Source: an uncultured Alphaproteobacteria bacterium (GTDB lineage: Bacteria; Pseudomonadota; Alphaproteobacteria; Rhizobiales; Xanthobacteraceae). Taken from it: a stretch of DNA of 64,000 nt. Position 1 is the stretch's first letter. The number at the start of each line of letters is the position of its first letter. The notes beneath the pieces were generated by a model. That model ran no database searches. It was given only the letters and a program-made list of their open reading frames with translations, and was not told the DNA's origin. Where the stretch lies: contig CAVVVG010000007.1 in NCBI GenBank assembly GCA_963751615.1, forward strand, positions 462,110 through 526,109, read 5' to 3'. Below are positions 8,737 through 16,750 of this stretch, one piece after another. A program made the translations under genes and the position numbers.

Positions 8737-8810
8737 TGGCTGGGGGACTAGGATTCGAACCTAGATTGACGGAGTCAGAGTCCGTAGTCCTACCGTTGGA
8801 CGATCCCCCA
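8737..8810 (-). tRNA. tRNA-Gln (anticodon CUG), CCA encoded
   Basis: The reverse complement TGGGGGA TC GTCC AACGGTA GGAC T ACGGA CTCTGAC TCCGT CAAT CTAGG TTCGAAT CCTAG TCCCCCA G CCA folds as a canonical 74-nt cloverleaf. Confidence 0.95.
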
Positions 8811-9090
8811 ATTAAAACGTTGATTTATATAGATGTGTTTTCCAATTTCGGTCAATGTTTTCCAATCTCGTTCTCAGAAGGTTTTAGGCGATTAGGCGCG
8901 CTGCCTAAGCAACGACTTCCCACTTAATCGAGCGATCAATGTCCACTTTCGGCCGAAGAATTGGAAGCCGTGGACTTAAAAAAACCGCGTGAGTATAAGA
9001 TGACTTTCTATCGTTTAGCCCAAGACGAGCCCATTATTTTTGTGCGCTGCTGAGTTCTGCTGTCTCCGCCATTACAAGTGACGCGAACTG

Positions 9091-9510
9091 ATGAGACCTT
9101 ATCCAAGAGAACGGTTTTCCTCGGAAGTCAGGCTTACGCCAGCAATGGTTGCTGCCTCCGCTGCGAGCGTAGGCGATGACAACCCGGTGCATCACGATGT
9201 TCATTTTGCAGAGTCAACTCGATATGGCCGGTTGATAGCCAGCGGTACTCACACCACCGCCCTCCTTTTGGGATTGACCGCCTCTCATTTTTCAAAAAAT
9301 CAGGCCATGGTGGGGCTCGAATTTTGGGTCCGTTTTCGCAAGCCGATTTATGCCGATGAAACAATTCGGCTAGAATGGTTGGTCGTAAAGGTTACACCTA
9401 GCGCGAAATTGAAAGGCGATATTGTTGAACTTCGAGGTCGCATCAAAGCTCAGAACGGACAAACTGCACTAGGCGCGAAGGGCCGAGTGCTCGTAACTGA
9501 TCGTCTTTAG
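9091..9510 (+). CDS. MaoC-like (hotdog fold) dehydratase family protein
   Basis: 139 aa with GDDNPVHHD...FAESTRYGRLIASGTHT, typical of the MaoC dehydratase motif. Confidence 0.8.
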   Translation: MRPYPRERFSSEVRLTPAMVAASAASVGDDNPVHHDVHFAESTRYGRLIASGTHTTALLLGLTASHFSKNQAMVGLEFWVRFRKPIYADETIRLEWLVVKVTPSAKLKGDIVELRGRIKAQNGQTALGAKGRVLVTDRL

Positions 9511-9597
9511 GTAGGTCTCCTTTAATGCTTTTGTTTATTTCCGAGCAAGTGTAAATCGTTATCAAACGTCAGATGACGTGAAGCTTCGCAAGCACAC

Positions 9598-10251
9598 ATG
9601 TGCACTCTCTATTCCCTGACCAAGGGTCAAGCTGCAATCATCGCTCTCGCGAATGCAATGAAGGATCACGCTGGCAATCTTCCGTCCTTGCCCGCGATAT
9701 ATCCCGACTTTACTGCACCAGTTGTCCGCCAGACCGACAAGGGTCGCGAATTGCTAAAGATGCGCTGGGGCTTTCCTTCGCCGCCAATCTATGGCGGTCG
9801 TCCTGTTGTGAATGTCCGCAATGCAAAGAGCAACTATTGGAAGCCATGGCTTAAGCCAGAATATCGTTGCTTGGTTCCAGCAACCTCATTCTGCGAATAC
9901 ACCGACAAGATTGATCCAAAAACGAAACGCAAAACTCCGACTTGGTTCGCACTATCAGAGAAGCGGCCAATCTTTTTTTTCGCTGGAATCTGGCGACCAT
10001 GGAAAGGAACGCGCGGCACAAAAGCCGACCCGGTCGAAGGCGATCACTTGCTTTATTCGTTTCTCACCACCGATCCGAATAAGGTCGTAAAGACTGTTCA
10101 CACGAAAGCGATGCCCGTCATTCTCACCACAGCACAAGAGCGGGAAACTTGGCTAACTGCTTCAATCGCGGACGCACTAAAGCTTCAACGTCCATTGCAG
10201 GATAAATTACTAAAGATTGTTGCAACGGGTGAACGTAAGGATGAGGCATGA
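9598..10251 (+). CDS. SOS response-associated peptidase (SRAP/YedK family, abasic-site processing)
   Basis: 217 aa beginning MCTLYS (catalytic Cys2), with the overall SRAP pattern (RNAKSNYWKPWL..., FFFAGIW). Confidence 0.85.
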   Translation: MCTLYSLTKGQAAIIALANAMKDHAGNLPSLPAIYPDFTAPVVRQTDKGRELLKMRWGFPSPPIYGGRPVVNVRNAKSNYWKPWLKPEYRCLVPATSFCEYTDKIDPKTKRKTPTWFALSEKRPIFFFAGIWRPWKGTRGTKADPVEGDHLLYSFLTTDPNKVVKTVHTKAMPVILTTAQERETWLTASIADALKLQRPLQDKLLKIVATGERKDEA

Positions 10252-10559
10252 GGAATGAATTCCTTACAAATATGCTTTGCGTTTTTATTATTGTCATTGC
10301 GGGCGTTGAAATTTGGTTTTTCTCGGAATCCTTCTCGTTGGATTATGAGATTTTATCGACTCTTGATGCCCGCTGGTTCAATGTGTTGGGTTCGCTGGCG
10401 ACGGGTGTAATCGCGCCACTGCTTTCGGTCGGGGCAATCATCCTGAGTTTCAGACCCGCCCAGATTATCCTGGCAGCCATTTTGCTCTGCGCCGCCCCAG
10501 TGATCTATTCGCTACCCTTTATGACTTTCTTCATCGGAATTTTAATTTACGGCTTCTGA
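10248..10559 (+). CDS. Small hydrophobic membrane protein (3 predicted TM helices), hypothetical
   Basis: Its ATG overlaps the SRAP stop (ATGA at 10248-10251), which suggests translational coupling. The gene is very AT-rich, and the product is almost entirely hydrophobic. Confidence 0.5.
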   Translation: MRNEFLTNMLCVFIIVIAGVEIWFFSESFSLDYEILSTLDARWFNVLGSLATGVIAPLLSVGAIILSFRPAQIILAAILLCAAPVIYSLPFMTFFIGILIYGF

Positions 10560-10751
10560 GGTTGCTTAGTTTGGCGCGAGCAGCCATCGAGCGAATTGTG
10601 GAAAAGAGAAACCCGGCATGGGACTGCCGGGTTAGGAGGAACCGACTTGGAGGAAGGGATCGAATTGTTATTAAATGAAATCCCATTGGTTAGTTTCAAA
10701 TTGTCGCAGACGGATTTGCGATTGCCGGTACATAGCTGCGTAATCTGCCGC

Positions 10752-10773
10752 CCTATCGTTGGACGATCCCTCA
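10752..10773 (-). repeat. 22-nt imperfect copy (20/22) of the tRNA-Gln 5' end (acceptor plus D-arm)
   Basis: cctatcgttggacgatccctca compared with cctaccgttggacgatccccca at 8789-8810, same orientation. No anticodon or T arm follows, so this is not a functional tRNA. Confidence 0.5.
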
Positions 10774-10942
10774 AAAACCAAGTGTTCTGCTTAAAGTGCG
10801 ATAGCACCTGAAGAGCGAGTTTTCAATTCTTGAGCCTTTTCCAGATTCCAGATTCGCGAGTCGGAACAATTTCCTACCGGCGACTGTGGATCCTAAAACT
10901 CTGGTTCCGTTTCTTCAGTTCAATTCGATTTCAAGCCCAGAT

Positions 10943-12631
10943 TCAACTAGCCGGCTTCAAAGCTCCCGCTCGGATTGCCGAGATTGTCGTCGAGGGCGTG
11001 ATCGCTTCCTGATCAAGCTTTACATGGATTAGGGCGGCTTTTTTCGAGGCAAAGGCCGCTTCCAGCGCAGGGATTGCGTTCTTGTCGTTGGCCACCGTGA
11101 AACCGTCGGCGCCGAAAGCGCGCGCATAAGCAGCGAAATCCGGATTATGCAGATCCGAACCGAAAACACGGCCCGGATATTCCCGCTCTTGATGCATGCG
11201 AATTGTGCCATACATTCCGTTGTCGATAACAAAGAACCTTGGCGTGAGACTGTATTGCACGGCGGTGGCTAGCTCCTGCCCTGTCATCAAAAAATCGCCG
11301 TCGCCCGAAAAGGAAGTTACTGTGCGCGTGGGAAATATGCGCGCGGCTGCGATCGCGGCGGGCACACCGTACCCCATGGAGCCAGACAGCGGGGCGAGCT
11401 GTGTATTGAATTTAGGGTAGCGATAGAACCGGTGCAGCCAAACTGAGAAGTTTCCGGCGCCGTTGCACAAGATAGAGTCGGCGGGGAGATTGTCGCGCAA
11501 CCAGCTCACAATCGACCCCATTTGCACCGGGCCCGGATGCCGAGGAATTTCTTCCGACCAACTGAGATAATCGGCGCGCGCGGATTTCCGCCATTTACGC
11601 CAGCGAATATCCTTCGGCGGCTTTACGCCCTCCAGCGCCGCCGCAAAAGCGACCGGCGTCGCGTTGACCGCAAGCGAAGGCTGGAAAACACGGCCCAATT
11701 CCTCGATACCGGCGTGAACATGTACCATCGGTTTGCCGGGATTGGGCGCGTTCAGCAGCGTGTAACCTTGGCTCGGCCATTCCGAAAATCGCGCGCCAAA
11801 AACCAAAACGAGGTCGGACTCTTTCACTCGCGCGGCCAGCTTCGGATTTGGGCCGGTACCGAGATCGCCGGCGTAACAATCATGCTGATTTGGAAACAGC
11901 ATTTGGCGGCGGAAGCTCACTGCGACCGGAAGATCGAAGCGCTCGGCGAAACGCACGAGCGAGTTGACCGCATTTTCGCTCCAACGCGAGCCACCTACGA
12001 TCACGATCGGTCTTTCGGCGGCCCAAAGCATTTTCTCCAGTCGCGCCATATCAGTGAGCGCTGGAGAAATCTCTATCGGTTCGAAGGTGGAAACATCGTC
12101 AGCGGTAACTTCTTCCACGAGCATGTCTTCCGGCAGCGTCATCACCACGGGCCCCGGACGGCCCTGCGTTGCGACACGTACGGCGCGCGCTACGAATTCC
12201 GGTATACGCGCTGGATCATCGATCTCGACCACCCATTTTGCCATAGTACTGAACACGGCGCGCGCATCGATCTCCTGAAAGGCCTCGCGGTGACGGAAAT
12301 TGCGCGGGATCATGCCGACGAGCAGAATCATGGGCGTTGAATCCTGCTGAGCGACGTGCAGACCGGCGCTTGCATTGGTAACGCCCGGTCCACGTGTGAC
12401 AAAGCAAAGCCCCGGCTTTCCCGTCAATTTTCCGGCTGCCTCCGCCATCATTGAAGCTCCGCCTTCCTGGCGGCAGGTCAGGAAATCGATTTTCGAATCC
12501 GCAAGCGCATCGAGCACGGCAAGATAGCTCTCACCCGGCACCCCGAACGCGTGCGTTAGACCGTGGCTCTGGAGCGCATCAACCAGAATTTTCGCGCCCG
12601 TTCGGGCGCAACTGCTTGCGGGCTTGTGCAT
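10943..12631 (-). CDS. Thiamine pyrophosphate-dependent enzyme (acetolactate synthase-like superfamily, COG0028)
   Basis: 562 aa. The N-terminal Pyr domain contains GVPGESYL...RQEGGASMMAEA. The TPP-binding motif is GDGDFLMTGQELATAVQ...NNGMYGTI. Confidence 0.85.
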   Translation of the reverse strand: MHKPASSCARTGAKILVDALQSHGLTHAFGVPGESYLAVLDALADSKIDFLTCRQEGGASMMAEAAGKLTGKPGLCFVTRGPGVTNASAGLHVAQQDSTPMILLVGMIPRNFRHREAFQEIDARAVFSTMAKWVVEIDDPARIPEFVARAVRVATQGRPGPVVMTLPEDMLVEEVTADDVSTFEPIEISPALTDMARLEKMLWAAERPIVIVGGSRWSENAVNSLVRFAERFDLPVAVSFRRQMLFPNQHDCYAGDLGTGPNPKLAARVKESDLVLVFGARFSEWPSQGYTLLNAPNPGKPMVHVHAGIEELGRVFQPSLAVNATPVAFAAALEGVKPPKDIRWRKWRKSARADYLSWSEEIPRHPGPVQMGSIVSWLRDNLPADSILCNGAGNFSVWLHRFYRYPKFNTQLAPLSGSMGYGVPAAIAAARIFPTRTVTSFSGDGDFLMTGQELATAVQYSLTPRFFVIDNGMYGTIRMHQEREYPGRVFGSDLHNPDFAAYARAFGADGFTVANDKNAIPALEAAFASKKAALIHVKLDQEAITPSTTISAIRAGALKPAS

Positions 12632-12635
12632 TTTG

Positions 12636-13832
12636 CTAGCCTAGCGTGCGAAAGGCGGAACGGCCAGAGCGCACAGCGTCGCGGACTTCTTTGTTATCGG
12701 CGCCCAGACGGGGCGATGGATGCTCGTAGCGGAGCGGAGTTTCGGACAGCAAGATCGGCGTGCGAACCCCTGGAATAGTGACGCCACCCTCAACATTTTC
12801 CTTTAGATCGATGCGCATCTTACGGTGCTGTACTTGCGGATCGGCGAAGGTTTCGGCAATATCGTTTACGTGGCCAACGGGCACACGCGCATTTTCCAAT
12901 GCTGTAAATAGTTCGTCACGTTTGCGTTTGCGCGTTTCAACCTGCAGCAATTTGATCAACTGCGAACGATTTTCCACGCGATCTGAATTTTTGCGAAAGC
13001 GCGGATCTTCCGCGAGCTGCGGAACACCAAGGACCTTGCAGAGAGCGCGATATTGATTGTCGTTTCCGACCGCAATGATAATGTGACCATCGCTCGTGGG
13101 AAATACACCATAAGGCACTACGGTCGAATGCGAGTTTCCGATACGGCGCGGCGGCTTACCGGATACGAGATAGTAAAGCGCCTGATTTGCAAGCACGCTC
13201 GTTTGGACATCGAGCAGCGCCATGTCGATGCACTGTCCCTCCCCGGTGCGATGGCGCGCCAGCAATGCAGCTTCAACCGCAAGCGCGGAATAGACCCCCG
13301 TAAAGACGTCGGCATAGGCGACACCGGGTTTTTGCGGCTCGCCGTCGGCTTCGCCGGTGATGTCCATGATGCCACCCATACCTTGAATTACGAAATCGTA
13401 GCCGGGACGATGCGCGTATGGTCCGCTCTGTCCAAAACCCGTGATCGAGCAATACACAATGCGCGGATTTATTTTTTTGACGCCTTCGTAGTCGAGCCCA
13501 AATTTTTTGAGGTCGCCAACCTTATAATTTTCAAGCAATACGTCGGCCTCGCGCGCAAGGGCAAGCACGAGGTCACGATCATCTTCCCTAGCGAAATCGG
13601 CCGTGACGGAACGCTTGTTGCGATTAATGGCGTGGTAATATGCTGACGAAAGGTTTTCGCCATTTGGACCTTTAACGAACGGCGGGCCCCAGGGTCGTGT
13701 TTCATCGCCGGTGCCGGGACGCTCGATCTTGATAACATCGGCGCCGAAGTCCGCGAGAAGTTGCCCGCACCATGGACCCGCCAGCACACGTGCGAGTTCC
13801 AATACCTTATAACCTTCGAGCGGTCCGGGCAC
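12636..13832 (-). CDS. CaiB/BaiF family CoA-transferase (class III)
   Basis: 398 aa with LAGPWCGQLLADFGADVIKIERPGTGDETR, typical of family III CoA-transferases. Only 4 nt separate it from the TPP enzyme gene. Confidence 0.85.
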   Translation of the reverse strand: MPGPLEGYKVLELARVLAGPWCGQLLADFGADVIKIERPGTGDETRPWGPPFVKGPNGENLSSAYYHAINRNKRSVTADFAREDDRDLVLALAREADVLLENYKVGDLKKFGLDYEGVKKINPRIVYCSITGFGQSGPYAHRPGYDFVIQGMGGIMDITGEADGEPQKPGVAYADVFTGVYSALAVEAALLARHRTGEGQCIDMALLDVQTSVLANQALYYLVSGKPPRRIGNSHSTVVPYGVFPTSDGHIIIAVGNDNQYRALCKVLGVPQLAEDPRFRKNSDRVENRSQLIKLLQVETRKRKRDELFTALENARVPVGHVNDIAETFADPQVQHRKMRIDLKENVEGGVTIPGVRTPILLSETPLRYEHPSPRLGADNKEVRDAVRSGRSAFRTLG

Positions 13833-13847
13833 GGAAAATTTCCTACC

Positions 13848-14858
13848 CTATTCCGACATGGGTCGCATACCGAGCTTGTCGAGAAGCTGCATGTCGCGGT
13901 CGCGGTTCGGATTTGGTGTCGTAAGCAATTTTGGACCGTAGAATATAGAATTTGCGCCGGCTAGGAAGCAAAGCGCTTGCGTTTCTTCGCTCATGTCTTC
14001 GCGTCCTGCGGAAAGTCGTACGACCGATGCAGGCATGGTGATGCGCGCGGCCGCGATCACACGGACGAAATCGAGTGGGTCGGTCTTTTGTCCGAGCGAA
14101 ACTGGCGTACCATCGACCTGAACCAGCAAATTGATGGGAACGCTCTTCGGGTGCTCCGGAAAATTGGCAAGGGTCGCGATCATGTTAATGCGATCCTCGA
14201 TTGCCTCGCCCATACCAATGATGCCGCCACAGCAGACATTTATTCCCGCGCTGCGAACGGCTTCAAGCGTGTCGAGCCGGTCCTGATAAACCCGCGTCGT
14301 GATGATCTTGTCATAATACTCCGGCGACGTATCGATATTGTGATTATAATAATCCAGGCCGGCTTGTTTAAGCTGTAGAGCCTGCGGCATCGTCAGCATG
14401 CCAAGCGTCACGCAGGTTTCCATTTCCAGCGCCTTGACCCCTTCAATCATTTTGCAAACCTGATCGAGATCACGGTCCTTAGGCGAGCGCCATGCGGCAC
14501 CCATGCAAAAGCGCTGCGCACCCGCGGCTTTTGCGCTACGCGCGTCCGCAAGCACAGCTTCCACGCGCATCAGTTTTTCTGCCTTCACGCCCGTGCTGTA
14601 GCTCGCGCTCTGCGGGCAATAAGCACAATCTTCCGGACAACCGCCGGTCTTGATGGAAAGAAGCGTTGAAATCTGAACTTCACGCGGATCGAAATAAAGA
14701 CGGTGAATGCGTTGCGCTTCGTATATCAAATCTGGAAATGGAAGCTCGAACAGCGCGCGTATCTCGGCTCGCATCCAATCATGACGGATGCGGCCGGAAA
14801 GATCGGGTGGAATTTTTTCTTCAATGATGGGGGTGAGAGACATGATGGCCTTGTTCAA
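13848..14858 (-). CDS. bioB: Biotin synthase
   Basis: Radical [14 protein letters not shown], plus YNHNIDTS and the overall BioB length (336 aa). Confidence 0.95.
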   Translation of the reverse strand: MNKAIMSLTPIIEEKIPPDLSGRIRHDWMRAEIRALFELPFPDLIYEAQRIHRLYFDPREVQISTLLSIKTGGCPEDCAYCPQSASYSTGVKAEKLMRVEAVLADARSAKAAGAQRFCMGAAWRSPKDRDLDQVCKMIEGVKALEMETCVTLGMLTMPQALQLKQAGLDYYNHNIDTSPEYYDKIITTRVYQDRLDTLEAVRSAGINVCCGGIIGMGEAIEDRINMIATLANFPEHPKSVPINLLVQVDGTPVSLGQKTDPLDFVRVIAAARITMPASVVRLSAGREDMSEETQALCFLAGANSIFYGPKLLTTPNPNRDRDMQLLDKLGMRPMSE

Positions 14859-14885
14859 CGCATTATTAACGATCGCACGCGCGCA

Positions 14886-15293
14886 TCAAACCGCCGCGAT
14901 CGCCTGAATTTCGAGCCAATATTTCTCATTCACAAGACGGTTTACGACGACCAACGTATTCGGCGGATATACGCTACCTGGAAAGAATTTTGGAAATTCA
15001 CGCAGTCGGTAATCGTAGAGAGCCTTAATATCCTGAACCCTTGTGATGAAGGTCATCGATTGTACAATATTGCCCCATGTTGCGCCCGCAGATTTCAATG
15101 CAGCCTCGAGATTTGAGAAAACCTGCACACATTGTTTCTCAAAATCACCATCGCCTATGAGTTTTCCGCTTTTGTCAACGGCAACTTGGCCAGCGATGAA
15201 CACGAGCTTCGCATTGCTTACGACGGCGACGTGATTATAAGGCCCTACCGGTTTTGCGAGTTCCGGTGGGCTGTAAATCTTTATATCGGCCAT
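14886..15293 (-). CDS. RidA/YjgF family protein
   Basis: MADIKIYSPPELAKPVGPYNHVAV...IAGQVA... fits the RidA pattern. The ATG at 15293 is preferred over the upstream GTG at 15305. Confidence 0.8.
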   Translation of the reverse strand: MADIKIYSPPELAKPVGPYNHVAVVSNAKLVFIAGQVAVDKSGKLIGDGDFEKQCVQVFSNLEAALKSAGATWGNIVQSMTFITRVQDIKALYDYRLREFPKFFPGSVYPPNTLVVVNRLVNEKYWLEIQAIAAV

Positions 15294-15414
15294 AGGAGAT
15301 TCCACTTCTCATTTTTGTCATGCTGACATGATCTCATGATTTCTGGTTCTATAAACTTTCCGGTGCGATTTTCCGGTATCGGAATGCGTCTCGGACATAT
15401 CCGGATACAGACGT

Positions 15415-16632
15415 TCAGAAGAATGCCTGAATTCCGGTGATCGCACGTCCCAGAATAAGCGCATGGACGTCGTGTGTGCCTTCATAAGTATTGACGGTTT
15501 CCAGATTCGTGACATGACGCATCACATGATACTCACCTGAGATCCCGTTGGCCCCGAGCATGTCACGGGCGGTGCGCACGATATCGAGTGCCTTGCCGCA
15601 ATTGTTTCGCTTCACGATCGAGATCATTTCGGGCGGACATTTGCCCTCGTCCATCAATCGCGTGACATGAAGGCTTGCCTGCAGACCGAGAGAAATTTCT
15701 GTTGCCATATCGGCGAGCTTTTTCTGGACGAGCTGATTTGCGGCGAGTGGACGATTGAACTGCTTGCGGTCAAGAACGTAGTTACGTGCGATCTGATAGC
15801 AGGCTTCCGCCGCGCCCATCGCACCCCAGGAAATGCCGAGGCGCGCACGATTTAGGCATCCGAAAGGTCCTCTTAGGCCCGAAACATTTGGCAACAGCGC
15901 ATCTTCCTGCACTTCAACTCCGCTCATTGAGATTTCGCCAGTGACAGATGCACGCAGTGATAACTTACCTTCGATTTTGCTCGCAGTGAGACCCTTCATG
16001 CCTTTCTCCAGCACGAAGCCACGGATCTCATCGCCATGCGAGGCCGATTTCGCCCAAATTACAAATACGTCAGCGATCGGCGAATTGGTGATCCAGAGCT
16101 TTGAGCCGATGAGCTTGTAGCCGCCGGATATTTTCTCGGCACGTGTTTTCATGCCGCCAGGGTCGGAGCCATGATCCGGTTCGGTAAGACCGAAGCAGCC
16201 GACCCATTCACCGGAAGCGAGCTTCGGCAGATATTTCTTACGCTGCATCTCGTCGCCATAAGCGTAAATCGGATACATCACGAGCGAAGATTGTACGCTC
16301 ATGGCGGAGCGCATGCCGGAATCAACCTTCTCGATTTCGCGCGCAGCAAGGCCGTAGCAAACATAGGAAAGATTGGCGCCACCATATTCCTCGGGAATCG
16401 TCGAGCCGAGAAGGCCAAGCGCACCCATCTCCTTCATGATCGCACGATCGAATTTTTCATCCCGATACATTTCGACGATACGTGGCAATAATTTTTCCTG
16501 CGCATAATCGCGCGCCGTATCGCGAACCGCCCGCTCCTCTTCTGAAAGCTGGCTTTCAAAATTGAGCGGATCAATCCAGTCGAAAACCGCCTTTGCGGCC
16601 GCAGCCGGCTTAGTCGCGTGCGCCCTGCTCAT
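15415..16632 (-). CDS. gcdH: Glutaryl-CoA dehydrogenase (acyl-CoA dehydrogenase family)
   Basis: [18 protein letters not shown]..., [21 protein letters not shown] and a C-terminal [18 protein letters not shown] are typical of GcdH. GGAGGA RBS before the ATG at 16632. Confidence 0.8.
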   Translation of the reverse strand: MSRAHATKPAAAAKAVFDWIDPLNFESQLSEEERAVRDTARDYAQEKLLPRIVEMYRDEKFDRAIMKEMGALGLLGSTIPEEYGGANLSYVCYGLAAREIEKVDSGMRSAMSVQSSLVMYPIYAYGDEMQRKKYLPKLASGEWVGCFGLTEPDHGSDPGGMKTRAEKISGGYKLIGSKLWITNSPIADVFVIWAKSASHGDEIRGFVLEKGMKGLTASKIEGKLSLRASVTGEISMSGVEVQEDALLPNVSGLRGPFGCLNRARLGISWGAMGAAEACYQIARNYVLDRKQFNRPLAANQLVQKKLADMATEISLGLQASLHVTRLMDEGKCPPEMISIVKRNNCGKALDIVRTARDMLGANGISGEYHVMRHVTNLETVNTYEGTHDVHALILGRAITGIQAFF

Positions 16633-16750
16633 CAGCGATATCCTCCGCAAAACTTATTCCGCCATGCAGCATGGCAATCTATATAGTTTATCAAGCCGTC
16701 GCGCTCGCTGTCACGCGAACAGTTTGCCCCTAAATATGCGATCGGCGTTG

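Noticed and set aside
8634-8927. 97-aa plus-strand ORF spanning the tRNA-Gln gene.
   Set aside because: It overlaps a canonical tRNA on the opposite strand and has no protein-like features.
10600-10775. A second complete tRNA (Gln-like) on the minus strand.
   Set aside because: Only the first ~22 nt match tRNA-Gln. The following sequence cannot form D, anticodon or T arms.
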